Source of the DNA: Squalus acanthias
Lineage: Eukaryota
Length of the DNA stretch: 64,000 bases
Reading direction: 5' to 3'
Assembly: GCA_030390025.1 (NCBI GenBank)
Contig: CM059446.1
Span: 29,884,001 to 29,948,000, forward strand
The notes below the pieces were generated by a model. The model saw only the letters and a program-made list of their open reading frames with translations, searched no databases and was not told the DNA's origin. Made by a program: the position numbers and the translations under genes. Of the stretch, positions 50,128-62,592 are shown in pieces. How positions within the stretch are numbered: the first letter of the stretch is position 1; each line of letters begins with the position of its first letter.

Positions 50128-50865
50128 AAATGGGGTGCAGGCACGGTGCGGGCAGAGATTTGAGGCGCAGGCACGGTGCGGGCAGGTTGAGGGGCGCAGG
50201 CAGGGTGCGGGTAGGGATGTGGGGCGCAGGCACGGTGCGGGCAGGGATGTGGGGCGCAGGCACAGTGTGGGCAGGGATGTGGGGCGCAGACACGGTGTTG
50301 GCAGATTGAGGGGCACAGGCACGGTGCGGGCAGGGATGTGGGGCGCAGGCACGGTGCGGGCAGGGATGTGGGGCGCAGGCACAGTGCGGGCAGATTGAGG
50401 GGCACAGGCACGGTGCGGGCAGGGATGTGGGGCGCAGGCACGGTGCGGGCAGGGATGTGGGGCGCAGACACGGTGTTGGCAGATTGAGGGGCGCAGGCAG
50501 GGTGCGGGCAGGTTGAGGGGCGCAGGCACGGTGCGGGCAGATTGAGGGGCGCAGGCAGGGTGCGGGTAGGGATGTGGGGCGCAGGCACAGTGTGGGCAGA
50601 TTGAGGGGCACAGGCACGGTGCGGGCAGGGATGTGGGGCGCAGGCACGGTGCGGGCAGGGATGTGGGGCGCAGACACGGTGTTGGCAGATTGAGGGGCGC
50701 AGGCAGGGTGCGGGCAGATTGAGGGGTGCAGGCACGGTGTGGGCAGGGATGTGGGGTGCAGGCACGGTGCGGGCAGGGATGTGGGGCGTAGGTAGGGTGC
50801 GGGCAGGGATTTGGGGTGCAGGCAGGGTGTGGGCAGATTGAGGGGCGCAGGCACGGTGCGGGCAG
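50128..50865. repeat. GC-rich 29-30 bp minisatellite (GGGGCGCAGGCACGGTGCGGGCAGGGATGT and variants)
   Basis: Directly visible. Confidence 0.93.
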
Positions 50866-51090
50866 GAGGATTGCCCTGCCTCCCCAAATAGGTGCTGGGA
50901 GGAGAATCTGTCACTTTTCCTCCAAATCCAATTTCTTTAACCTTTCCTCCTAACTTCAATTCTAAACACACAAAATCATCTTAGTTGCTCCCCTCTGTAC
51001 CCTCACCAGGACAATAAGACGTTTCCTTTGATTAAATGACCAGAATCACATAGAGTCTGCAGATGAGTGTCTGAGGAAAGGGTCAAGTTT

Positions 51091-52268
51091 CCTGCGCCCC
51101 ACATCCCTGCCCACACCGTGCCCGCACCCTGAAACCTGCCCACACCGTGCCCGCGCGCCGAAATCTGCCCACACCGTGCCCGCGCCCTGAAACCTGCCCA
51201 CACCGTGCCCGCGCCTGAAATCTGCCCACACCGTGCCCGCGCCCTGAAATCTGCCCACACCGTGCCCGCGCCCTGAAACCTGCCCACACCGTGTCCGCGC
51301 CCGAAATCTGCCCACACCGTGCCCGTGCCCCAAAACCTGCCCACACTGAGCCCGTGCCCCAAATCTGCCCACACCGTGCGAGCACCCCAAATCTGCCCAC
51401 ACCGTGCGAGCACCCCAAATCTGCCCACACCGTGCGAGCACCCCAAACCTGCCCACACTGTGCCCGTGCCCCAAATCTGCCCACACCGTGCGAGTACCCC
51501 AAATCTGCCCACACCGTGCGAGCACCCCAAATCTGCCCACACCGTGCCCGTGCCCCAAATCTGCCCACACCGTGCGAGCACCCCAAATCTGCCCACACCG
51601 TGCCCCAAATCTGCCCACACTGTGCCCGTGCCCCAAATCTGCCCACACCGTGCCTGCGCCCCAAATCTGCCCACACCGTGCCCGCACCCCGAAATCTGCC
51701 CACACTGTGCCCGCGCCCCGAAATCTGCCCACACCATGCCTGCGCCCCGAAATCTGCCCACACCGTGCCCGCGCCCCAAATCTGCCCACACTGTGCCCGC
51801 GCCCCGAAATCTGCCCACACCATGCCTGCGCCCCGAAATCTGCCCACACCGTGCCCGCACCCCGAAATCTGCCCACACCGTGCCCGTGCCCCAAAACCTG
51901 CCCACACTGAGCCCGTGCCCCAAATCTGCCCACACCGTGCGAGCACCCCAAATCTGCCCACACCGTGCGAGCACCCCAAATCTGCCCACACCGTGCGAGC
52001 ACCCCAAATCTGCCCACACCGTGCGAGCACCCCAAATCTGCCCACACCGTGCCCGTGCCCCAAATCTGCCCACACTGTGCCTGTGCCCCAAATCTGCCCA
52101 CACCGTGCCTGCGCCCCAAATCTGCCCACACTGTGCCCGCGCCCCGAAATCTGCCCACACTGTGCCCGCGCCCCGAAATCTGCCCACACCATGCCTGCGC
52201 CACGAAATCTGCCCACACCGTGCCCGCGCCCCGAAATCTGCCCACACCGTGCCTGCGCCCCACATTTT
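51091..52268. repeat. Related 28-29 bp minisatellite in the opposite orientation (AAATCTGCCCACACCGTGCCCGCGCCCC and variants)
   Basis: Directly visible; the reverse complement matches the 50128-50865 unit. Confidence 0.93.
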
Positions 52269-52962
52269 ACAGCAACAATACATCGTTAGATTTGTTCTCT
52301 CTCCCACTGCTGATGTAACTCTGCACCTCATTTTTGTTTTTCATTTAGCACCTGTTCACTCTTTTGGTTTCTTGCTAATTATTTTCCATTTCCGCCTTTA
52401 TCTGAATTGGTCACCTGCCAGCCTAGGTGCCTTAGGTCACCTTTGTGTAAAGTTTTCAGAGCCTAGCCTGGCGAGACCCTCTCAGGTAGGTCATCTCATA
52501 CTGCTTTGATTTGGATATTCTACTACAACTATATATGTGTCCAATTCATCATTTAAAAGTGACAAAATGAAAGTAGTATAGTAAAAGGTGCTAAGACTGA
52601 TCCCAGTAATAATCTCTTTTCAGCCTGAAAGGTTTCCACTTAAGGCTTCCCTTTGCTGCACGTTAATGTATTTTTCTATTCATTACCATAACTTTACTTC
52701 TTGTTCTGTGACTCACCACAGAATATTGATCACCAACGTGAAACCTTGTCAAAAGCGTTCTAAAATTCAACTCCATATCAGGTTAGTCGAATGTGACGTC
52801 CTTCTAGAATCCCCACTGACTGCCCTTTATTGAGTTATACTTTCCCAGGACTTCACTTACTGCTCTACAATTTCCAGGTACACCTCACTGCAATTTTTTA
52901 AAATAGTGGGCTTGATTTCAACCCGACCTCTGGTGGAAACCGGCCGGGCAGCTTAAAACGAG

Positions 52963-54587
52963 GGAGGAGGTAGTGGAGACATTTGATAGTATAAAAATTG
53001 ATAAAGAGGAGGTATTGGAAAGGCTGGCTGTACTTAAAGTAGATAAGTCACCAGGACCGGATGGGGTGCATCCTAGGATGCTGAGGGAATTCAGGGCGGA
53101 AATTGCGGAGGTACGGGCCATAATCTTCCAATCCTCCTTAGATACGGGGGTGGTGCTAGAGGACTGGAGAATTGCAAATGTTACACCCTTGTTCAAAAAA
53201 GGGTGTAAAGATAAACCCAGCAATTACAGGCCAGTCAGTTTAACCTTGGTAGTGGGGAAGCTTTTAGAAACAGTAATCAGCGACAAAATTAACAGTCACT
53301 TGGACAAGTGTGGATTAATTAAGGAAAGCCAGCACTGATTTGTTAAAGGCAAATTGTGTTTAACCAACTTGATCGACTTTTTGATGAGGTAACAGAGAGG
53401 GTTGATGAGGGCAATGCGGTTGACGTGGTGTACATGGATTTCCAAAAGGCGTTTGACAAAGTGCCACATAATAGGCTCACCAGCAAAGTTGAAGCCCATG
53501 GAATAAAAGGGACAGTGGCAGCATGGATACGGAATTGGCTAAGTGACAGGAAACAGAGTAGTGGTAAACGGTTGTTTTTCGGACTGGAGGAAGGTGTTCC
53601 CCAGGGGTCAGTTCTAGGACCACTGCTTTTCTTGATATATATTAATGACTTGGACGTGGGTGTACAGGGCACAATTTCAAAATTTGCAGATGACACAAAA
53701 CTTGGAAGTATAGCGAACAGTGAGGAGGAGATTGATAGACTTCAGGAAGACATAAACAGGCTGGTGAAATGGGCAGACACGTGGCAGATGAAATTTAATG
53801 CAGAAAAGTGTGAAGTGATACATTTTGATAGAAAGAATGAGGAGAGGACATATAAACTAAATGGTACAATCCTAAAGGGGGTGCACGAGAGACCTGGGGG
53901 TATATGTGCACAAATCGTTGAAGGTGGCAGGGCAGGTTGAGAAAGCAGCTAAAAAGGCTTATGGGATCCTGGGCTTCATGAATAGAGGTATAGAGTACAA
54001 AAGCGTGGAAATTATGATGAACCTGTATAAAACACTGGTTTGGCCCCAACTGGAGTATTGTGTCCAATTCTGGGCACCGCACTTTAGGAAGGATGTGAAG
54101 GCCTTAGAGAGGGTGCAGAAAATATTTACGAGTATGATTCCAGGAATGAGGGACTTCAGTTACGTTGATAGACTGGAGAAGCTGGGGTTGTTCTCCTTGG
54201 AACAGAGAAGATTGAGAGGAGATTTGATAGAGGTATTCAAAATCATGAGGGGTCTGGACAGAGTAGATAGAGGGAAACTGTTCCCATTGGCAGAAGGGTC
54301 GAGAACCAGAGGACACAGATTTAAGGTGATTGGCAAAAGAACCAAAGGCGACCTGAGGAAAAACTTTTTTAACGCAGCGAGTGGTTAGGATCTGGAATGC
54401 ACTGCCTGAAAGGGTGGTGGAGGCAGACTCAATCGTGGATTTCAAAAAGGAGTTGGATAAGTATGTGAAAGAAAAAAAATTGCAGGGCTACAGGGAAAGG
54501 GCGGGGGAGTGGGACAAGCTGAGAGTCGGCACGGGCTCGACGGGCCGAGTGGCCTTCTTCCGTGCTGTGACCATTCTAAGATTCTAT
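52963..54587 (+). mobile_element. 5'-truncated CR1 LINE with frameshifted RT
   Basis: KSPGPDGVHPR, NYRPVSLT, YMDFQKAFDKVPH, GVPQGSVLGP, FADDTK; CATTCTAAGATTCTATG tail. Confidence 0.93.
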
Positions 54588-55774
54588 GCAAAACACAGAA
54601 AAAATTGCGGTCAATTTGGGAAAAACAAAGAGAAATTCCTCTCACTGAAACAAGGCCCAAGCACACTATAGTAACCCAGAACTCTGCATGTCAGGTTCCC
54701 TTTTGAGGAACTGTAGCAACCCCATACCCACCACCTGGGTGGAGTCCTGCTCTGCTACAATACCTGAGAAGAGTCCCCTTCTCTGACACTACACCTGAGG
54801 AGGGTTACCAGCTACACTGGCCAATACACACATGCATCATTGAAAAAGAGAAAGTTGACAAGAGACAATGGACTGAGACACTGAGGCCCAGTTGGGACAC
54901 ACGTGAAGGCGGCTGGGTTGTGCTGGTCTGGTCTGTAGCTCTCCAGCTCAAATCCTGGTTGGAGTTGCTTTACCAGCAGACACTGTCCAGATCCAGACGG
55001 GCTGAAGGCAGGTCGCGCTAACAGTGCCTGGGGCTGATAGAAAGCCAGCTGTCAAAGGTTTCTGGCAATAACCGAAGGAGACTGCACGCGTTGCAATGAG
55101 CAATAAAGGTGCAGTTGATTGTGCTTTTGAGCAAGTGTGGCTCTAACATTCTTACAGGGAGAGTGCCCCATGATTTCCTCTTACTTAAATAATCCTTCAA
55201 ATTTGTTTGTGGCGGATAAATGAATGAGAAAGAACATTTGTCCTTCACCAACCTGGTAATCTGCCTTGAGAGACAGCTAACTGGGTGTAAATCCCTTTAA
55301 TAAGTGGGTAAGTCAGCACTAAGACTAACACAGCATGGATTTTCAATTGCAAAGATCAGACTTATTTATGTTAATCTTAGTAAATACTGTACTTCTCATT
55401 TGTCGGGCATTTTATTTTAATGTTGCAGTGCTGTACACGGCATTAAATTCAAAGCAGACTTTTCAGCTCCAGCGGCACTATAAACTGAAACCGCCTCGCA
55501 CTCACTTCCAGATTTCTCTGATTCAGGAGTAGAACGGGCCAGGGTTCACAGGAAAGATGCTTCAGCGTTTTTCCTCGCAGTTCATCTCCCACAAGTTTAC
55601 AATTGTTGGCACTGATCTTTCACAACTGCTTCCAGTCTGTTTACTTGGGTGGAATGATAGCACAATTGGTGTCGCTAGAAGATTATGAACACGATTGTGA
55701 GGTTTTGATTATGTAGAGAGAGCAAGCAAAACAAATATTGGCCAGTCAACCACTTCAATTCTGAATTCTGAACA

Positions 55775-56147
55775 GGGGATCTTTAAGATTATGAAAGGGT
55801 TTGATAGGTTAGACGTAGAGAAGATGTTTCCACTTGTGGGGGAGACCAGAACTAGGGGCCATCAATATAAGATAGTCACTAATAAATCCAACAGGGAATT
55901 CCGGAAAAACTTCTTTACTCAGAGAGTGGTGAGAATGTGGAACTCACTACCACAGGGAGTGGTTCAGGCGAATAGCAGTGATGTATTTAAGGGGCAGCTA
56001 GATAAGTACGTGAGGGAGAAAGGAATAGAAGGTTATGCTGATAGGATTAGATGAAGGGGTGGGAGGAGGCTCGAGAGGAGCATAAACACCGGCACAGACC
56101 AGTTGGGATGAATGGCCTGTTTCTGTGCTGTAAATACTATGTAATAA
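55775..56147 (+). mobile_element. CR1 3' fragment
   Basis: MKGFDRLDVEKMFPLVGETRTRGH...FFTQRVVRMWNSLP. Confidence 0.85.
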
Positions 56148-56149
56148 TA

Positions 56150-57595
56150 CTGTCCCCCATCCTTCAAATCTGTTGTAATCAATCATCCCCTTCTCAAAAA
56201 ACCCAAACCCACCCTTGACTCCTTTGTTCTTGCAAACTACCACGCCATTTGCAACCTCCCTTTCCTCTCCAAAGTCCTTGTACGTGTTGTCGCCTCCCAA
56301 ATCCGTGCCCAGCTTTCTCGCAACTCCATGTTTGAATCCCTCCAATCAGGTTTCAGCCCCTGCCACAGCACTGAAATGGCCCTTATCAAAGTCACAAATG
56401 ACATCCTATGTGACTGTGACAAAGATAAACTAACCCTCCTCATCCTTCTTGACCTGTCTACAACCTTTGACACGGTTGAACACACCATCCTCCGTCAACA
56501 CCTTTTCTCCTTTGTCCAGCTAGGTGGGACTTCCCTCGTCTGGTTCCATTTCTATCTATCTAGTCATAGCCAGAAAATCGCCTGCAATGGTTTCTCTTCC
56601 CTCTCCTGCACCATTATCTCTGGAGTCATGCAAGAATCGAGCCTTGGCCTGGTTTATTTCTCATCTACACGCTGCCCCTCGGTGACATCATCCGAAAACA
56701 GGTCAGGTTCCACATGTACGCTGACGACACCCAGCTCTAACTCACCACCACCTCTCTCGACCCCTCCACTGCCTCTGATATGCAGTGTTGAATGAGCAGA
56801 AATTTCCTCCAATCAGACATTAGGAGACCGAAGCCATTGCCTTCAGTCCCCGCTACAAGCTCCGTCCCCTAGCAACCGACTCCGTCCCTCTCCCTGGTTA
56901 CTGTCCGAGGCTGAACCAGACTGTTCACAACCTTGGTCGTATTTGACTCTGAGTTGAGCTTCCAACCCCATATCCTCTCCATGACCAAGACTGCCTACTC
57001 CAACCTTCGTAACGTCGCCCCTGCCTTAGCTCATCTGCTGCTGGAACCCTCATCCATGCCATTGTTACCTCCAGACTTGACTATTCCAACGCTCTTCTGG
57101 CTGGCCTCCCATCTTCCACCCTCCGTGAACTTGAGCTCCTCCAAATTCTGCTGCCCGTATCCGAACTTGCACCAAGTTCCGTTCACCCATCACCCCTGTG
57201 CTCGCTGTCCTAAATTGGCGCCCAGTTTGGAAATGCCTCAATTTTCAAATTTTCATCCTTGTTTTCAAATTCCTCCATGGCCCACCCCTCTGTACCACCT
57301 CCAGCCCTACAACCCTCCAAGATCTCTGCGCTCCTCCAATTCTGGCCCCTTGTGTATCCCCGATTTTCTTTGTTCCACCATTGGTGGCCGTGCCTTCAGC
57401 TGCCTAAGAAAAGCACTGGAATTCCTTCCCTAAACCTCTCCGCCTCTCTCTCCTCCTTTAAGATGCCCCTTAAAACCTACCTCTTTGACCAACCTGTCCT
57501 AATATCTCCTTATGTGGCTCAGTGTCAAATTTTTGTCTGATTACGTTCCTGTGTAGCACCTTGGGACGTTTTACTACATTAACGGTGCTATATGT
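56150..57595 (+). mobile_element. L2-clade LINE RT and 3' end, degenerate
   Basis: LQSGFSPCHSTEMALIKVTNDIL, LILLDLSTTFDTVEH, ATGTACGCTGACGAC (MYADD), L2 tail GGGACGTTTTACTACATTAACGGTGCTATA. Confidence 0.88.
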
Positions 57596-57599
57596 AACA

Positions 57600-58550
57600 T
57601 GGATTAAATGTAACATTTCCAAATTTGCTGATGACACAAAGCTAGGTGGCAGTGTCAGTTGCGAAGAGGATGTGAAGAGGCTTCAAGGGAATACAGACAG
57701 GCTCAGTGAGTGGGCGAGAACATGGCAGATGGATTATAATGTGGATAAATGTGAAGTTATCCACTTTGGTAGAAAAAACAGAAAGGCAGAGTATTTCCTA
57801 AATGGTGAAAGATTGGGGAATGCAGATGCTCAAAGGGTCCTGGGTGTTTTTGTACATGAGTCACTGAAAGTGAATGTGCAGGTGCAGCAAGCCATTAGGA
57901 AGGCAAATGGTATGCTGGCCTTCATTACAAGAAGATTTGAGTACAGGAGTAAAGAAGTCTTACTCCAATTATATAGGGCCCTGGTGAGACCACACCTGGA
58001 GTACTGTGTACAATTTTGGTCTCCTTACCTAAGGAAGGATATACTTGCCATAGAGGGAGTGCAACGAAGGTTCACGAGATTGATTTCTGGGATGGCGGGA
58101 CTGTCGTATGAGAAGAGATTGAGTAAACTAGGCCTGTATTCTCTTGAATTCAGAAGAATGAGAGGGGATCTCATTGAAGCGTACAAAATTATTACAGGGC
58201 TTGATAGGATGGATGCTGGGAGAATGTTTCCCTTGGCTGGGGAGTCTAGAACCAGGGGCCACAGCCTTAGGATAAAGGGTAGGCCATTCAGGACTGAGAG
58301 GAGAAGAAATTTCTTCACACAGAGGGTGGTGAATCTTTGGAATTCTCTACCCCAGAGGGCTGTGGAGGCTCAGTCATTGGGTATATTCAAAACAGAAGTC
58401 GATAGATTTCTGACTAGTAAGGGCATCAAGGGATATGGTGATAGGGCCGGTGAATGGAGTTGAGGCAGAAGATCAGCCATGAGCTCATTGAATGGCGGAG
58501 CAGGCTCGAAGGGCTGAATGGCCGACTCCTGCTCCTATTTCTTATGTTCT
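57600..58550 (+). mobile_element. 5'-truncated CR1 LINE with an open ORF2 C-terminus
   Basis: ISKFADDTKLGG...RPHLEYCVQFWSP...FFTQRVVNLWNSLP; TATTTCTTATGTTCTTAT tail. Confidence 0.93.
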
Positions 58551-59059
58551 TATATAAATGCAAATTGTTGCTGCTGATTGGTTCTAAGTACCATACCGAT
58601 TTATAACCCAAATTAAGGAACTCAAGTTCTTTCAGCTGGCAACCTGAAGGACATTGCACTGAAATTTATTCCTCTAAAAAGAAGAGTTCTGTTTAATTTG
58701 TGTGCTAGGTAATTGGTTTAATTCAATAATTAAATATGCTTAATAGACTAATAAAAAGTACACAGCACATTATTTCCAAGCTAGCCTGTAATACATCACT
58801 CAAAGCACTCCAAGGTACCAGACCAAGCCCTATGTAGCATTAACTATAGTCAGTAATGTGCTTCACTATAAATAAATGCAGCACAAGGCTAATTATGAAA
58901 ATACTTGCAAGGCATAAAATGTGGCAGAGAAGAGCACATGATTATAGTTACAGAGGAGGATCCAGCCTTAAAATAAGCATGTAGCTTTCTGTACCATACT
59001 TATGTTCCCATAGTGTATTACTTTACTCATAATTAACTCAAGGATCAGGCTTTTGAGAA

Positions 59060-60250
59060 CCCTTAGCTGGGTTCATAACACAGAGGTCGTGGGTTCAAAT
59101 CCCACCATAGCAAGTTGTGAAGTTGAATTCAATAAATTCGGGAATTTGTGGGCGAACTTCAGGAAAAATGGCCGTGAAAGTTTCTGGATTGTCGTAAAAT
59201 CCCAACTGGTTCACCAACGTCCTTGAGTGAAGGGAGCCTGCCCCTCGTAACCACTCTGCTCTACATGTGACTGCAGCCTTGCACTAACTGGTGGACTCTT
59301 AATGCCCTCTGAAGTGGCCCAGCAAGTCACTCAGTTGTAAAATCAGACACTATGGGGGCGATTTCGCCAATGGGGGCGCGTTGGAGGTGGGGCTGCTGCT
59401 TGTCGCGTCGATGTTCTGCCTCCATCGATTTGTGGCCAACCCACGCTATTTTCCCTTGATTGACCTTGTTAAGCCCGCCCAGCGGGCTTAGCAGGCCAAT
59501 TAAGGGAAAGCCGGTTACAGAGAAGGTCAGCGTATGACGTTTCATCTGTCAAACTGAAGCTGTTAAACACTGACATTCTATGTTGTTTGATGAGTTCTTG
59601 AATTCAAGACTCACCAAACCTCTTTTTTTGCAGAAATTAGATGGTTGTTGCATTGGAGAATGCAGCAGCCATCTGTCATCTCTGCCGCGGAGTTGCGAGA
59701 CTCTCTGCTACCCCAACTTTTGTAGCCTCCAGGAAGAAACAAAGGTAAGTAAACTTTTTCTAACACTTTCCACTTACCTCACATACTCACCTCTCCACAC
59801 TTGCACCCATCACTTACCTTCACAGTGCACTTTTGCACCCCTCTGAGCCCCGCAGACCCTCTGCTCGCCTCGGTGACCCTGGTGGGGTTTGCAGCCTTCG
59901 GGAAGCCCGCACTTGTGTGGGTAAAATGGGGATAATCCTCTTATCTGTCTGTTAACTACCTGTTAACGTGCAGTTAAGTGGCTGTAATCCTATTCCCGCC
60001 TCCAAGGAGACAGGACCCGCGCGGGTCGGTTACCTGCCTCCTGGCAAGATGGCACGGAGGCGGGTTGGGGGCGGGTTGGGCACCCGCCCCCAGATTCTGC
60101 CATTTTCCCGGCAGTCCCGCCTCCCCAGGGCTGGCAAGATCGCGCCCTATGAAGCAAAGAGGAGGTTCACCATTCCATTTTCAGGGCAACGAGGGATGGG
60201 CAATAAATGCCATCTTGCCAGCGATGCCCACATCCTGAGAACAAATAACA
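59060..60250 (+). mobile_element. Older copy of the LINE-B-derived SINE, split by a MITE
   Basis: GGGTTCAAATCCCACC head, CCCTCTGAAGTGGCCCAGCAAGTCACTCAGTTGTA body, tail GGGATGGGCAATAAATGCC after 60150. Confidence 0.7.
59354..60147. mobile_element. Harbinger-type non-autonomous element
   Basis: TIRs GGGGGCGATTTCGCCA / TGGCAAGATCGCGCCC; TAT duplicated on both flanks. Confidence 0.78.
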
Positions 60251-60525
60251 GAAACACGCCTCCCGGGACTGTGCCCCACCGCTGTTAAACTCACCCCACT
60301 AGTACCCGGTACCGACCTCTAACTGGTAACACCTTGCTATGTATCGTTAACTTTCAAAATTGTAAGGGTTAAAAATTTGCATGTACAGATAAAGGAATAT
60401 ATATAATATACAAAGGACACTGATACAACATCCAAAGCACCAGTCAAAATCCCAAAATACTATTTAATACAAGCAGGCTATTACTCATTCAGTCAAGGTA
60501 AATCAGTGTCCTCGATAGTACGCTG

Positions 60526-60759
60526 TGACCTCTGTGCCTGACTGACCTCTGTGCCTGACTGACCTCTGCACCTGACTGACCTCTATGTCTGACTGACCTC
60601 TGCAACTGACTGACCTCTGCCTTGACTGACCTCTGGGCCTGACTGACCTCTGGGCCTGAATGACCTCTGCGCCTCACTGACCTCTGTGCCTCACTGACCT
60701 CTGGGCCTGACTGACCTCTGGGCCTGACTGATCTCTGTACCTGACTGACCTCTGTCCTG
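60526..60759. repeat. 17-bp minisatellite TGACCTCTGTGCCTGAC, about 14 copies
   Basis: Directly visible. Confidence 0.92.
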
Positions 60760-60825
60760 CGCTGGGAGTGGAGTTCCTTAAGCTTTCTCCACATTCTCAA
60801 CCGACACTTCTAATCCCCAGAATTA

Positions 60826-62592
60826 TTTTTTTATTCGTTATATGGGATGTGGGCGTCACTGGCAAGGCCAGCATTTATTGCCCATCCCAAGTTGTCCTTG
60901 AGAAGGTGGTGGTGAGCTGCCTTCTTGAACCGCTGCAGTCTGTGTGGTGAATGTACTCCCACAGTGCTGTTAGGGAGGGAGTTGCAGGATTTTGACCCAG
61001 CAACGATGAAGGATCGGCGATATACTTCTAAGTCAGGATGGTGTGTGACTTGGAGGGGAACTTGGAGGTGGTGGTGTTCCCATGTGCCTGCTACCCTTGT
61101 CCTTCTAGCTGGTAGAGGTCGCGGGTTTGGGAGGTGCTGCCGAAGAAGCCTTGGCGAGTTGCTGCAGTGCATCTTGTAGATGGTACACACTGCAGCCACG
61201 GTATGCCGGTGGTGGAGGGAGTGAATGTTTAAGGTGGTGGATGGGGTGCCAATCAAACGGGCTGCTTTGTCCTGGATGGAGTCGAGCTTCTTGAGTGTTG
61301 TTGGAGCTGCACTCATCCAGGCAAGTGGAGATATTCCATCACACTCCTGACTTGTGCCTTGTAGATGGTGGAAAGGCTTTGGGGAGTCAGGAGGTGAGAC
61401 ACTCGCCGCAGAATACCCAGCCTCTGACCTGCTCTTGTTGCCACAGTATTTATGTGGCTGGTCCAGTTAAGTTTCTGGTCAATGGTGACCCCCCCAGGAT
61501 GTTGATGGTGGGGGATTCGGTGATGGTAATAGCGTTGAATGTCAAGGGGAGGTGGTTAGACTCTCACTTGTTGGAGATAGTCATTGCCTGGCACTTCTGT
61601 GGCACGAATGTTACCTGCCACTTATCGTCCAGGTCTTGTTGCATGCGGGCATGGACTGCTTCATTATCTAAGGAGTTGTGAATGGCTCTGAACACTGTGC
61701 AGTCATCAGTGAACATCCCCATTTCTGACCTTATGTTGGATGGAAGGTCATTGATGAAGCAGCTGAAGATGGTTGGGCCTAGGACACTGCCCTGAGGAAC
61801 TCCTGCAGCGATGTCCTGGGGCTGTGATAATTGACCTTCAACCACCACAACCATCTTCCTTTGTGCTAGGTATGACTCCAGCCAGTGGAGCATTTTCCCC
61901 CTGATTCCCATTGACTTTATTTTTACTAGGGCTCCTTGATGCCACACTAAGTCAAATGCTGCCTTGATGTCAAGGGCAGTCACTCTCACCTCACCTCTGG
62001 AATTCAGCTCCTTTGTCCATGTTTGGACCAAGGCTGTAATGAGGTCGGGAGCCGAGTGGTCTTGGCGGAACCCAAACTGGGCATCAGAGAGCAGGTTATT
62101 GGTGAGTAAGTGCCGCTTGATAGCAGTGTTGATGACACCTTCCATCACTTTGCTGATGATTGAGAGTAGACTGATGGGGCGGTAACTGGCCAGGTTGATT
62201 TGTCCTGCTTTTTGTGGACAGGACATACCTGGGCAGTTTTTCACATTGTCGGATAGATGCCAATGTTGTAGCTGTACTGGAACAGATTGGCTAGAGGCGC
62301 GGCTAGTTCTGGAGCACAAGTCTTCAGCACGATAGCCGGGATGTTGTCGGGGCCCATAGCCTTTGCTGTATCCAGTGCGCTCAGCCGTTTCTTGATATCA
62401 CGTGGAGTGAATCGAATTGGCTGAAGGCTGGCTTTTGTGATGGTGGGGACCTCAGGAGTAGGCCGAAATGGATCATCCACTTGGCACTTCTGGCTGAAGT
62501 TGGTTGCAAACGCTTCAGCCTTGTCTTTTGCACTCACATGCTGGGCTTCTCCATCATTGAGGATGGGGATATTCATGGAGCCTCCTCCTCCC
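60826..62592 (-). mobile_element. LINE family B, 5'-truncated, RT domain plus 3' end
   Basis: KAMGPDNIP, SYRPISLLS, QFGFR, ALDIKAAFDLVWH, GVPQGSVLGP, MFTDDC. Confidence 0.92.

Noticed and set aside
49926-52509. Many long Pro/Cys/His- or Gly-rich ORFs (keratin-associated or zinc-finger-like look)
   Set aside because: Open in several frames on both strands because of GC-rich minisatellite units.
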